62,591 nucleotides of DNA, filler included, from Squatina squatina (GCA_031763465.1; 3 parts of 3 records of this genome joined end to end with filler, not necessarily neighbours in it); one strand, 5' to 3'; positions 25,460-37,907 are shown, counted from the whole stretch's first letter. Notes: generated from the sequence alone by a model not told the origin. Made by a program: numbers and translations.

Positions 25460-25966
25460 AGCACAGAATTGGGAGCGAAGCATTTGAATTTGGCGGCCTT
25501 GTTTGGTACACAAAAAAAATCTGCTTCAACTGATGTGTCAAATGAGACACAGGAACCCAAGAACAAAGTTTCCAGTCGACCAGCTGTGGTACGTTCTCTG
25601 TCCTATGAGGAGCCCAGGAGACTGCCAAAGCACGAAACTTCCCAATCTGTCAAAAAACAGTTTTGTCCTGCTATTCAGAAACTAATGAGTCGTGGAGCTG
25701 ATCTTCAGCCCGTGTCCGAGTTACCAGAAAATTGTCTCTGTGAAAACCATCATGAAAAAAGTGTGGAAGAATCATTAACCGAACTGTTCCATTCACAATC
25801 TTCAATAAGAAATGTCTCCTCACAGCAAAACTCCTTGAATGAATCCAGTCCTTTATTCTCTAAAGATACTCAAAATTTACTTCAGAAGCTACATGGTACC
25901 CAGGCACCACTTCCTACATCGTGTCCTTCAGAACTTTTCTTCAGTGGGTCTCGGAATGGATCCCAC
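25460..25966 (+). CDS. DCP1B: DCP1B large central exon, truncated by scaffold end
   Basis: Polypyrimidine tract then aag|; KHLNLAALFG (helical leucine-rich motif), VVRSLSYEEPRR, KQFCPAIQKLM, PVSELPEN, TQNLLQKL, all DCP1B-like. Exact acceptor slightly uncertain. Confidence 0.9.
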
Positions 25967-26066
25967 NNNNNNNNNNNNNNNNNNNNNNNNNNNNNNNNNN
26001 NNNNNNNNNNTTAATTAATTAANNNNNNNNNNNNNNNNNNNNNNNNNNNNNNNNNNNNNNNNNNNN
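25967..26066. other. Artificial scaffold-joining linker
   Basis: N44-TTAATTAATTAA-N44 (stops in all six frames); flanking genes are unrelated. Confidence 0.95.
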
Positions 26067-27062
26067 CAAACTTGGGACCTTCTTAACCTTGATAGTTAAG
26101 TATAGTTCTTAATCTTTATAGTTAAGTAATCATGTGAATCATCTGAATACTGAGGCATCATCTCTTCTAATGAAACATTTATTGACCTAAACTGTCTCTA
26201 GTTATTGAGACACACAATGGTGCTCCCAACACACTAGATCATGAAGGGGAAAACAGCAAGAGGTCAGACACTTTTCCAGAGGGAGGTTCCCCCACCCCCA
26301 GAAAAAAAGCTATTTGTTGAGTGTGTCACTTCACCTGTTCACCGCCTGACCATGCAGATACAGAGCAGCATAAGCACAGAGACATTATTTGTTGTCTTCT
26401 TAGCTGAGGATTTGGGTGGCGCACAGTAACAAGAAAATAAAATATACCGAAGAGGGAAACAAAATTATTTAGCCATGCCACTATTCTGCATGCATCAATT
26501 TACTGTAATTCTATTTCTACTTGTACATGTGAACTTAACATAATTCAATTCAGCAACCAACAGTACCACACTTTGGTACAAATGACCTTTAAAACACAAG
26601 TTCACTATCTACAATTCCTCAACCTACAGTTAAAACTTGTCAAAGCGGTTAGAGATTAGACTATACCAGTACAGGCTTTTAGAATGAAAGAAATAGAAAA
26701 TCATCTCACTCTTTGATAGTCCAAGTACCTTAAAGCCAGAAACATAGGCTCATTTGAACACTGACATTTATTTTATTCAATCAACTATCTGCAACAACTG
26801 GAAATTGGAAATATTTAAGAAATGCTTCCAAAAATCCACACCACATCTCCCCACCCCTGAAATCAAATCTACTGAAGACCATGACCAGAAAAGAAGAATG
26901 TGAGCAATGCTCATGGAAACCTTACCCCACAACAACTTGAACGCAGAGAGGCACGCTAATATNNNNNNNNNNNNNNNNNNNNNNNNNNNNNNNNNNNNNN
27001 NNNNNNNNNNNNNNNNNNNNNNNNNNNNNNNNNNNNNNNNNNNNNNNNNNNNNNNNNNNNNN

Positions 27063-27320
27063 TTTGTTCTCTTCCTTAGCCTCTGCCATGACTCGGTTGT
27101 TGTTTTCTTCTTCGTCTGCTGCAGCAACTTGGGCCTCATCACTGGCGCTGCTGCTTGCCTCAACACCACTGCCATCAACAATCCTTACACAATGCCCGTC
27201 TTGCTCTTCCACGACTCTGTTCATTTGCTCCTCCTCCCCATGACTCAATGAGGCATTACCTCGGAGGGATCCTCCAGTTCGACGCCTCTAGCTGCCCCCA
27301 GACAGCAATTCCTGGTTCAT
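27063..27320 (-). CDS. FBXW7: FBXW7 alpha-isoform first coding exon, with in-frame TAG at codon 11; 3' end lost in gap
   Basis: ATG at 27320: MNQELLSGGS*RRRTGGSLRGNASLSHGEEEQMNRVVEEQ...EEENNNRV, matching recalled FBXW7-alpha MNQELLSVGSKRRRTGGSLRGNPSSSQVDEEQMNRVVEE...EENNNRF. Exon acceptor actcag| at 27387. Confidence 0.9.
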
Positions 27321-29027
27321 TTCCAACAGCCAGTTTGCTACTTCCTGAACCTTTGCTAGATTGGTAGACGGTGTACAAGTTGCAGCCTGAGTACAGAGGA
27401 GATAAAATTAATTTAATTTTACATTCCAGTATCACATTTGTAAAGGTTTTCAACCAAGATATTGAATGGTTTTAGGTTGATGTAATTTAAAATTAAGACA
27501 ACTGCTTTGTATACTACAAAAACAGTGCTGTGTATGCAAATTTTGTTCTGACTATTTGCCAAAATGTTTGGTCAATATCATTTATGGTTCAAGATTTTAA
27601 TCATACTGTAGAGNNNNNNNNNNNNNNNNNNNNNNNNNNNNNNNNNNNNNNNNNNNNNNNNNNNNNNNNNNNNNNNNNNNNNNNNNNNNNNNNNNNNNNN
27701 NNNNNNNNNNNNNNNNNNNNNNNNNNNNNNNNNNNNNNNNNNNNNNNNNNNNNNNNNNNNNNNNNNNNNNNNNNNNNNNNNNNNNNNNNNNNNNNNNNNN
27801 NNNNNNNNNNNNNNNNNNNNNNNNNNNNNNNNNNNNNNNNNNNNNNNNNNNNNNNNNNNNNNNNNNNNNNNNNNNNNNNNNNNNNNNNNNNNNNNNNNNN
27901 NNNNNNNNNNNNNNNNNNNNNNNNNNNNNNNNNNNNNNNNNNNNNNNNNNNNNNNNNNNNNNNNNNNNNNNNNNNNNNNNNNNNNNNNNNNNNNNNNNNN
28001 NNNNNNNNNNNNNNNNNNNNNNNNNNNNNNNNNNNNNNNNNNNNNNNNNNNNNNNNNNNNNNNNNNNNNNNNNNNNNNNNNNNNNNNNNNNNNNNNNNNN
28101 NNNNNNNNNNNNNNNNNNNNNNNNNNNNNNNNNNNNNNNNNNNNNNNNNNNNNNNNNNNNNNNNNNNNNNNNNNNNNNNNNNNNNNNNNNNNNNNNNNNN
28201 NNNNNNNNNNNNNNNNNNNNNNNNNNNNNNNNNNNNNNNNNNNNNNNNNNNNNNNNNNNNNNNNNNNNNNNNNNNNNNNNNNNNNNNNNNNNNNNNNNNN
28301 NNNNNNNNNNNNNNNCCCTAACCTTCCTGGTTTATACAGTTTAAGAGAGTGACTTTACCCTCCGAGCAATCAGAGGAGCTAGCTCGAACTGTCATTTTTG
28401 AAAATGATTTTCAAAATTGTGACTCAAAATACTAACTTTTTTTTTGGTTTCTATGTTTCAATGGAAAAATGTGATCAGATTTCAGCTTATGTAAATATTA
28501 AAATATTAACCTGTATATTGGAAACAAAAATGCTTTTTCATCATCTGATATGGTAACAATTCAGTTCATTTCCCACTTTCTATGAAACTAAAAACCTCTC
28601 GTGCACGAAGCAAACTGTAAACATTTCATTCCAATAATTCTACATACCCGACAGAAAGCCTCTGTACAACTTGAGAACGGAAGTGTCAATATCTGCTACA
28701 CAGTGTCACTTTCAACCACATTAATAATGAAGATATCTGAATGTTGAGTACAGCACCTGGGAACAGCAAGGGTAAGGATTCCAAGCTTACCGTATTTACC
28801 TCAATCAAATATCACTTAACTATTCATCCGTCATATTTTGTCATGATGGATGAATTTTCTGAAGTCTGGTGAATATTGGAAGGATAATTAAAAATAGCAT
28901 TTANNNNNNNNNNNNNNNNNNNNNNNNNNNNNNNNNNNNNNNNNNNNNNNNNNNNNNNNNNNNNNNNNNNNNNNNNNNNNNNNNNNNNNNNNNNNNNNNN
29001 NNNNNNNNNNNNNNNNNNNNNNNNNNN

Positions 29028-29162
29028 AATCTCTCCAATATAATCCCTCATCTGTGGAACCATTCTAATAAGACTCTTCTGTACCCTTTCCAAAGCCTTC
29101 ATGCCTTTCATAACGTGTGGTGCCCAGAATTGGACATAATATGCCAGCTGTGGTGAACTCAT
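29028..29162 (-). mobile_element. CR1 LINE fragment
   Basis: PQLAYYVQFWAPHVMKGMKALERVQK (CR1 RPxLEYCVQFWxP motif). Confidence 0.8.
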
Positions 29163-31249
29163 GTTTTATTAACAAACTAGCTTACAAAAGTCACTAGTTA
29201 GTTAGATGGAGGCAGCCTAAAACACAATTGTGATCCACCTGGGGATGGGTCCAATGAAATAGTAGTACTAGCCCAGGGCAAGATAAATGTGCAATTTAGC
29301 TTGTCAGCGAGAAAAATGAAGCTATCCATCATGGCAACCTTATTATACCGAAAGAAAACTATGCTATTAGGTTCTGAAATTAAATCTTTTCCTTATCAAG
29401 TGTTTTCAGTTTCATATTTACAATCATCTTATCTGCCACAAAATCCAACATTTTGTGCAAGTGGCATTGTGTCTTTTACATATGCTAATTAGAAACTTTC
29501 CCTCGTATTTACAAGATTGAAAAAATGAATAATTTCAAATGCTTAAATGAACTGCATCAACATTTCTAGCCTCGAGTGCTACACAAAGAGTCAAATAAAT
29601 CTGGATAATGCCTAATGAATCATTTGCTTCCAATACAATTGCTAAAGCAAAAGTGGTNNNNNNNNNNNNNNNNNNNNNNNNNNNNNNNNNNNNNNNNNNN
29701 NNNNNNNNNNNNNNNNNNNNNNNNNNNNNNNNNNNNNNNNNNNNNNNNNNNNNNNNNNNNNNNNNNNNNNNNNNNNNNNNNNNNNNNNNNNNNNNNNNNN
29801 NNNNNNNNNNNNNNNNNNNNNNNNNNNNNNNNNNNNNNNNNNNNNNNNNNNNNNNNNNNNNNNNNNNNNNNNNNNNNNNNNNNNNNNNNNNNNNNNNNNN
29901 NNNNNNNNNNNNNNNNNNNNNNNNNNNNNNNNNNNNNNNNNNNNNNNNNNNNNNNNNNNNNNNNNNNNNNNNNNNNNNNNNNNNNNNNNNNNNNNNNNNN
30001 NNNNNNNNNNNNNNNNNNNNNNNNNNNNNNNNNNNNNNNNNNNNNNNNNNNNNNNNNNNNNNNNNNNNNNNNNNNNNNNNNNNNNNNNNNNNNNNNNNNN
30101 NNNNNNNNNNNNNNNNNNNNNNNNNNNNNNNNNNNNNNNNNNNNNNNNNNNNNNNNNNNNNNNNNNNNNNNNNNNNNNNNNNNNNNNNNNNNNNNNNNNN
30201 NNNNNNNNNNNNNNNNNNNNNNNNNNNNNNNNNNNNNNNNNNNNNNNNNNNNNNNNNNNNNNNNNNNNNNNNNNNNNNNNNNNNNNNNNNNNNNNNNNNN
30301 NNNNNNNNNNNNNNNNNNNNNNNNNNNNNNNNNNNNNNNNNNNNNNNNNNNNNNNNNNNNNNNNNNNNNNNNNNNNNNNNNNNNNNNNNNNNNNNNNNNN
30401 NNNNNNNNNNNNNNNNNNNNNNNNNNNNNNNNNNNNNNNNNNNNNNNNNNNNNNNNNNNNNNNNNNNNNNNNNNNNNNNNNNNNNNNNNNNNNNNNNNNN
30501 NNNNNNNNNNNNNNNNNNNNNNNNNNNNNNNNNNNNNNNNNNNNNNNNNNNNNNNNNNNNNNNNNNNNNNNNNNNNNNNNNNNNNNNNTCGCAATGTGTA
30601 TCTGACTAACTGTGTCTACCCAGCATGCACTTCACCACATGAAGCACACTGACAGGTTATCTTATCACAACTAAAACCTCATTTGTGTGCTGTATGAAAT
30701 ATTTATCAATGCAGCAGTTCTTACTGAACCAGATATTGCAACCAGAAAGGAAATATCAATACTTCTAGTGCAGGATGTTAAATATTCGTTTTGCATGTAC
30801 AGAAGGGCTACAAATTTTTTTTAAAATAGCTGTGTGAAGTAGGCACGTAATGTAAATACACACTCGCCATAGTAAAAGTGTGATTGTAGCAAAAAATCTT
30901 GTCTGTTATGTCTTTTATAAGTCACACACACAATTCCACAGGGAGTCATAAGCAGCAATAGAAAACTGGACAACTCAGCTAGCCACTCTGTGTAAACAAT
31001 GCGACCTTCATAAAAAGAAATCTTGTTCTTAGGCCCCTTATAAGAGGACTTCAATTCCTGTAGAGGTACTCTTAATGTTAAAACATCAAAATTAACTCCT
31101 CCTTTTAAGATTATGGGAACACTATCCCCTACATTACAAGAGCGACTACACTTCAAAAAAAAAGTATTTTATTGAAATGACTTTCAACACATAAATGTGA
31201 GGTGTTCCATTTTGGTAGGAAGAGTAGGGAGCTCACGAGTCTAGGTGGG

Positions 31250-31339
31250 GTAGAGGAACAAAGGGATCTCGGAGTACAAATACACAAATCACTAAAAAGT
31301 TGCGACACAGGTTAGCAAGGCCATTACAAAAAGCAAACC
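31250..31339 (+). mobile_element. CR1 LINE fragment
   Basis: EEQRDLGVQIHKSLKVATQVSKA motif. Confidence 0.7.
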
Positions 31340-31614
31340 AAGCGCTAGGGGTGATTTCGNNNNNNNNNNNNNNNNNNNNNNNNNNNNNNNNNNNNNNNNN
31401 NNNNNNNNNNNNNNNNNNNNNNNNNNNNNNNNNNNNNNNNNNNNNNNNNNNNNNNNNNNGGATGACAAAATTACCCCCAGCATTTTTAAGAACATGCAAT
31501 TGTGGAAGCTTTTCTTTTTTAAATGTGACTCATTCTGATACCATAAAATTGCACTTAGAGAAACAGAAATTACAGCAAGATCTCAACAAGAAAACATTCC
31601 TTTTAACTTTTGTT

Positions 31615-31966
31615 TTTATTCATTCCTGGGATGTGGGCGTCGCTGGTAAGGCCACCATTTATTGCCCATCACTAGTTGCCCTTGAGAAGGTGGTGATGAG
31701 CCGCCTTCTTGACCCGCTGCAGTCCTGGGGGGGAAGGACCTCCCCCAGGGCTGTTCGGGAGGGAGTTCCAGGATTTTGACCCAGTGACAACGAAGAAACG
31801 ACGATGGACTTCCAAATCAGGGCGCCGTGTAACTTGGAGGGGAACTTGGAGGTGGTGCTGTTTCCATGCGTCTGCTGCCCTTGTCCTTCTAGATGGTAGA
31901 GACCGTGGGTTTGGGAGGTGCTGCCTAAGAAGCCTTGGTGAGTTGCTGCAGTGCATCTTGTAGATG
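31615..31966 (-). mobile_element. CR1-group LINE 3' end (second family)
   Basis: MHCSNSPRLLRQHLPNP...VTGSKSWNSLPN...KKAAHHHLLKGN then ggatgggcaataaatg-like tail; reverse complement of 50240-50575. Confidence 0.85.
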
Positions 31967-32134
31967 NNNNNNNNNNNNNNNNNNNNNNNNNNNNNNNNNN
32001 NNNNNNNNNNNNNNNNNNNNNNNNNNNNNNNNNNNNNNNNNNNNNNNNNNNNNNNNNNNNNNNNNNGCCAAAAATTATCTTTTTCACATCATTCAAATCT
32101 ATATTTTTGGTCACTATCTATATAACTTTGTGTG

Positions 32135-32230
32135 CACGCATGTATACACATACACAAATATATATAAATATACACATATAAATACATATACAAAGATACA
32201 CAAATAAATATATACAAATATATAAATGCA
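32135..32230. repeat. Degenerate (TA/CA)n low-complexity tract
   Basis: tatacacatacacaaatatatataaatatacacatataaatacatatac... Confidence 0.7.
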
Positions 32231-34224
32231 TATGATTAATAACATTTTGCCCAATGCATGCAGACAACTTAATTTTACTGTACCAGTAAACCAGTACCTG
32301 TACTGTACCAACAGCACCAGTATTTTTACATCTTTAAGGTGGTTATACATTTACAGCCAATTAGACTCGTTTGGGTCTATGCACTTCAATTGTTTATTAT
32401 ACAATTAGAATGATAAAATTCTCCATTTCGATTCTGTATGCCTTGACAGTTAAATTTGAGTTAAAATTTGACAGAATTAAAATGCAAATGCACATTGTTG
32501 TATAATATGATTTGCATTCTTTACAAAAATACCTCAATCCCAAAATTTAACTGACTGTTTACAAATTTATTTATTTACTTTTCACTTTTAATTCTTGCCC
32601 TTGGGGCTAAGACTATTTAATTTCTAGATGCATTGAATAATCTTGACTTTACAATTGCAGTCTGCATTGAAATTCTTCATTATTCTGCAGAAGGTTTCAG
32701 AGGTTGTAAATTATGGATGGCTCGCCTGCTGTGCTCATCAGGACGTCTTATTGCTGGTGATCACCAGCAGCAGTGCCCCTAGCTACCGACGTGTCATTCT
32801 CATCATACTGATCATTATACCNNNNNNNNNNNNNNNNNNNNNNNNNNNNNNNNNNNNNNNNNNNNNNNNNNNNNNNNNNNNNNNNNNNNNNNNNNNNNNN
32901 NNNNNNNNNNNNNNNNNNNNNNNNNNNNNNNNNNNNNNNNNNNNNNNNNNNNNNNNNNNNNNNNNNNNNNNNNNNNNNNNNNNNNNNNNNNNNNNNNNNN
33001 NNNNNNNNNNNNNNNNNNNNNNNNNNNNNNNNNNNNNNNNNNNNNNNNNNNNNNNNNNNNNNNNNNNNNNNNNNNNNNNNNNNNNNNNNNNNNNNNNNNN
33101 NNNNNNNNNNNNNNNNNNNNNNNNNNNNNNNNNNNNNNNNNNNNNNNNNNNNNNNNNNNNNNNNNNNNNNNNNNNNNNNNNNNNNNNNNNNAGGTTGGTG
33201 ACCCCAGATGACAAAGATGGAAAATTACTCCCAATGTCTCATGATTCAGTGGTGTCTGTGCATCACAGTTTGGTATTGTCATTCAAGCCACGGAGGTCTT
33301 TAAGTTGTGCTGAGTTTGGCCATCCTAACTGATGTCATGAAAAAGAAGCTGTATTTGGCTTACTGCCCCTAGCCAGGGAAGAGGGAAAAAAATCAGAAAC
33401 ATTACTAAGAGCAAATAGAAATAATAAAGTGGTTACGATGGTCATTATACCTTTTTGAATATGAAGTTATTAACTTCAATGGGAAAGAAGCAAAGAAATC
33501 TCTTCCTCATGCTCCCAGTATTGCCACAGTTCGTGCTGAATGTCTAGACAATTATGGGGATTCTGATTTAGATCATTTGTCCCCAGTTTTTAAGAGCTGG
33601 TTGGAGGATATCAAAGGCAAAACAATGAATTCTTGAAACCTTTCAAAAAAACAGTTGGAATATCAAACAAATTTAAACCATCACCCTCCTACTGAAAAAG
33701 AACAGCACATCTTCCATTTCCCAGAGAGACTTAAAGGCTGTGCTGGCCTGCAATTCATTTTTTGGCAGCTTTTCTTAAGATTTATATCCACCCTACTCTT
33801 GTTCCTCGGTATGTGGTTATAAATACAGATGTAATGGAACTGATCTCAGGTTTGAAACATGTAGGTAGAATGAGTTCGTCTGCAGAATACTGCATTAAGA
33901 AATCTACATCACACTGATTGAAACATTGAGAATCTGGAAGTTTCTCTGAATTTTAAAATATTTTCATGGAATGAAAGTTATGATTACTGCAATGAAAGCA
34001 GATAACGTTGTGATACCAATTGTTTTCATTAAAGTAGATCATAGGTTCATTGAAAGAATTGTTTTGGGTGCAATTTTACCTTTCTGATTTTGTCTTTACT
34101 GTTAAGCTTTTAAATCCTGATTTGAAGGCATTTTTGTGTGATAAAATTTACAAATGGCTTGATTATTGACATTATTAAGTGTAATGCTGTAGTACTATAC
34201 TCTGCTATGCTGCATAGTAAACAA

Positions 34225-34661
34225 GATTTCTGAGCAAATAGCCACTTGGGAATATGGTGTAGCAATAATGGAGACCTGGCTCAAAAGGTGGCAGGGTTGG
34301 GAACTAAATATTCCTGGATATAGGGTGTTCAGGAAAGATAGGAGGAGGTGTGACAGTATTGGTTAAGGAGAATGTTACAGTGCCGGAGAGAGAGGATGTC
34401 CTGGAGGGGTTATATGGTTACAGTTAAGAAATGAGGTCTCATTACACTACTAGGTCTATTCTATAGGCCACCAACTAGTGGGAAAAATATGGAGGAGCAA
34501 ATTTGCAGGGAAATTACAGAGAGAGATGCAAGAACTATAAGAGTAGTGATAATAAGGGACTTCAACTATCCTAATGTAGACTGAGATAGTAATAGTGTAA
34601 AGGACAGAGAGGGGGAAGAATTTCTGAAGTGTGTTCAGGAGAACTTTCTTGATCAGTATGT
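34225..34661 (+). mobile_element. CR1 LINE APE-endonuclease fragment, decayed
   Basis: AIMETWL...NIPGYRVFRKDR...FYRPP...DFNYP motifs with indels. Confidence 0.8.
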
Positions 34662-35145
34662 NNNNNNNNNNNNNNNNNNNNNNNNNNNNNNNNNNNNNNN
34701 NNNNNNNNNNNNNNNNNNNNNNNNNNNNNNNNNNNNNNNNNNNNNNNNNNNNNNNNNNNNNATATAACTAACACATTCACAAAAAGTCAGTTGTCAGTGT
34801 AGCGAACAGGTTCCGGCTTCCTCTTCAGGTGAGAAATTACCTGGTAACTCCAGCCATTCACACACTGACCAGTACATTTTCTCTTCAACTTAGCAGTTAC
34901 AACTTTTGTCAAGAATTGAATGAAAAATGGTGTACCAAAGATGGATAGCGGTGAACAATTACCATCTTGAATCACTTGCTAATATCAATTACTTATAATT
35001 GATTTTACATGCAGGATTAATTCTGTTTTTGCCAGTTTTTTTTAAACCCATAGCTTAAGACCAAGTTCTAAGTCCCTTATATGCGATAATATTCACAAGA
35101 GGCAAGTAATGACCAAGATACAATTACCACAGTCTTTTTAAAATG

Positions 35146-35188
35146 TGTGTGTATATACACACACACACACACACACACATATATACAC
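35146..35188. repeat. (TG)(TA)(CA)n microsatellite
   Basis: tgtgtgtgtatatacacacacacacacacacacacatatatacac. Confidence 0.85.
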
Positions 35189-37696
35189 AACTTGTAAGTG
35201 AATTCATTTAAATTAAATCCAAATTTCTGCTATGTACATTGTTGCTGCTAAGATTAAATCTGATGGTTCAGAGTTCATATGATAGAAATAATTTGAAAGG
35301 AAAACTGGTCAGTCTGGTGCAACACAAGACATTAACATTAACCCGGGTTTTATGGTCAGCAGCAAACAAATGGCGCTTGGCCTTCATTACGCTTACAACT
35401 GCCCACAAACCCTGTGGGTTTTTAAACAGCAATTTATGGCAATTCGAGCACTATTTCAGTACTGCGTCTTCTAAAGGGATCTGGGACCTGTATGAGTAGG
35501 CAAGGAACAGCATGTCCCCTTACCCAATCAGACTGAAGAATACTTACTGAGACATGCAGAGTCCAAACCAGGAAGTGTAAGTTAGAATATTCAATTCAAT
35601 GTAAAATCGTGTACAGACAGTGAAATAAAGAGGAAAGAAAGATGAGGGAAAGAAATATGAGGGAAATAAAAGTTTTAAAAATTTATAAAATCTCCAACAA
35701 TAACTAAAATCTGAAGTAATGAAACTCCACACTTGTAAAGGTTAATTTTCAGTGCCAGCGAGGTTGTTTGGTAGTAATTAAGACTTATCACACCATTAAA
35801 AATTCACTTACACTTGAATGGACAAGCCCCAACTCTTGCTGGCGTATCTAGTGGGCAAGTACCACAACTTCACATCCCTCAAGTGTTTGAATGCAGAGTC
35901 TCTCGGCGAGATTCCGGTGCAGCAAAGCTTGTGGAAGAGCAGGGCATCTCAGACAAGAACTTTCTGATTTCCAAGTTTAACTATGCACGCTGGAAGTTTC
36001 TGTCTGATTTACTCCTTAATAACGGTGAGTGCCGATAGCCTCACCGTTATTCCTACTGCAAATTCCAGGCTAATATCTTAATATCTGTACTTTAGTAAAA
36101 GTTTGCCTACAGAACCTTTAGAGAAAATTACTTTAATCACTTCAGTCTTTAAAGACAGCATTCATAGCAGCCAGGTTATGTACACATATGCATATGCATA
36201 CATTAAAGAGCAAACCCGGTAAGTTAAGAAAATGCTGTGGGCTGCACAAAATGAAACGAGTCTCAACTTCTAGAAACGCAACACATATCTGAGTAATGCC
36301 AATGAAAATATCAAATCACAGAATCCATTAAGGTGATGCACAATTCCAACAGGAAGAACATGCGATGAAGGTCAGTAAATCACCTGATCCTATTACAAAA
36401 TCAATTACTGCAGTACATTTCTATTGCTCACAGACTGATCATAGCCAAATGTGATACTGGATAGCTACAAGCAAGGTCAGAAAGAGCTAGAACGTATCCT
36501 TAATAAACCTTTTTCATTCCATCCTGCACTGAATATATTAGAAATCACTGTGGACATTTAATGAAGACCTATCACAGGGCACGGATTCACATGAGCCTGG
36601 CCCTGTCCGGCACTGGTGAGTGCTGAGCTCATAGCTCCCGTCGAAGTCAGAGCAAGCCCTCGGCTTTCTGAGCAGCGGTGTGTGGGCGGTCGTTGCTGCG
36701 GAACCTGTAACAAAACATTAAACAAAACCAAAAAAAAAACAAAGATTGTCGCGGAAAAGTTGAAGAGGAAGGTCTGGGGAGAAAGGAGCTGGGGCTCGGC
36801 CCCAGTCTGACATCTGTAGTAGATTTAAGCAGCCCCTTGTGTAATGCCTTCAGTATGTGATATTTAATACCATTCTATTTCAGTAATGTTGCAGCCTCTT
36901 GGCTCACGCCCAAGCCAAGTCTTATTTTACAACAGGGGATGGCCAAGGTGAGGTCACCGTCTTGAATGGGGATTGGATAATTCCCTCTCGCAAATTTTAA
37001 TAAAAGCTCCCGTGTGACCCTTGAATTTCTTTTACACTCCACACACCAAAACAGCCCTGTTTACTGGCAGAACAGGACAACGTTAATACCCGAGTCTAAA
37101 AATGTGCCGACACACAATCCTGCTCAGATTTAAAACGGGGCTGTGTATTTTTATTCAAGCGATCACTTTTCCTTTCAGAGCTGGTCCGAAACAGTCACCT
37201 TCTCCAGATGGCGGGTGAGACCACTCCCCCCAACCCAGGGGGCGCTGGCATTGGGCAAAGAGTAGAGTGCCCGTGAGCCCCACACGGCATCCGGGACACG
37301 GACCACCGTCGGTGGGGTGAGGGAGGAATGGGGGTGTCAGCATTGGTTAGAAATTTGGGACTGAAAAGTGGAAACTGAAAGTACACGGTGGGTCAGTGAG
37401 CACCTGAGTGACAAAAGACAGGCCAATGTTTTGTCACTTTATTTTTCAAATTGGACCTTTCACCTTTCATTGTTCTATCAATAAGTCATCGACCTGAAAC
37501 ATTCACCCGACCTTCCTCTCCCCACAAATGCTCTCTGACTCGCTGACTGTTTCCAGCACTTTCGGTTTTTATTTCAGATTTTCAGCATCAGCAGTATTTT
37601 GCTTTTTGATCTTGCATTATTCTTTGTTTGTGATTTTTCATCGTGGAGCTCAAAGCAGTCTCCATCTGATTAACAGCACGCACATTCCGACAGGAG

Positions 37697-37907
37697 TCAC
37701 TGGACAGTGATCAGGAGCAGGAACCCTGACCGATTTCCCCTCTCTCTAACCCAGGGATCACTGGACAGTGATCAGGAGCAGGAACCCTGCCTGATTTCCC
37801 CTCTCTCTCTAACCCAGGGGTCACTGGACAGTGATCAGGAGCAGGAACCCTGACTGATTTCCTCTCTCTCTAACCCAGGGGTCACTGGACAGTGATCAGG
37901 AGCAGGA
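37697..37907. repeat. Minisatellite, 61-63 bp unit, at least 3.4 copies, runs into gap
   Basis: Unit tcactggacagtgatcaggagcaggaaccctgactgatttccc(tc)nctaacccagggg, starting at 37697, 37758, 37821 and 37882. Confidence 0.92.

Noticed and set aside
26011-26022. Palindromic TTAATTAATTAA within N runs (also 43691-43702) as a biological site
   Set aside because: Identical N44 padding at both sites and stops in all six frames mark it as an artificial concatenation linker. No synteny should be inferred across it.
26890-26962. Continuation of the FBXW7-alpha exon, or the beta/gamma first exons, beyond the gap
   Set aside because: No frame resembles the acidic tract or TKTTK end of alpha, or the beta/gamma N-termini; the apparent ORF continuity is produced by Ns.
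27530-33332. Long ORFs in the track (263, 333, 345, 324, 229 aa; also 61349-61930)
   Set aside because: They consist almost entirely of X from N gaps.
32700-33372. Exon-like segments around the 32822-33191 gap
   Set aside because: An acceptor-like site exists near 33370 on the minus strand, but all frames stop early and no protein is recognisable.
37697-37907. CRISPR-like array
   Set aside because: Whole units repeat with no unique spacers; vertebrate context; no cas genes.
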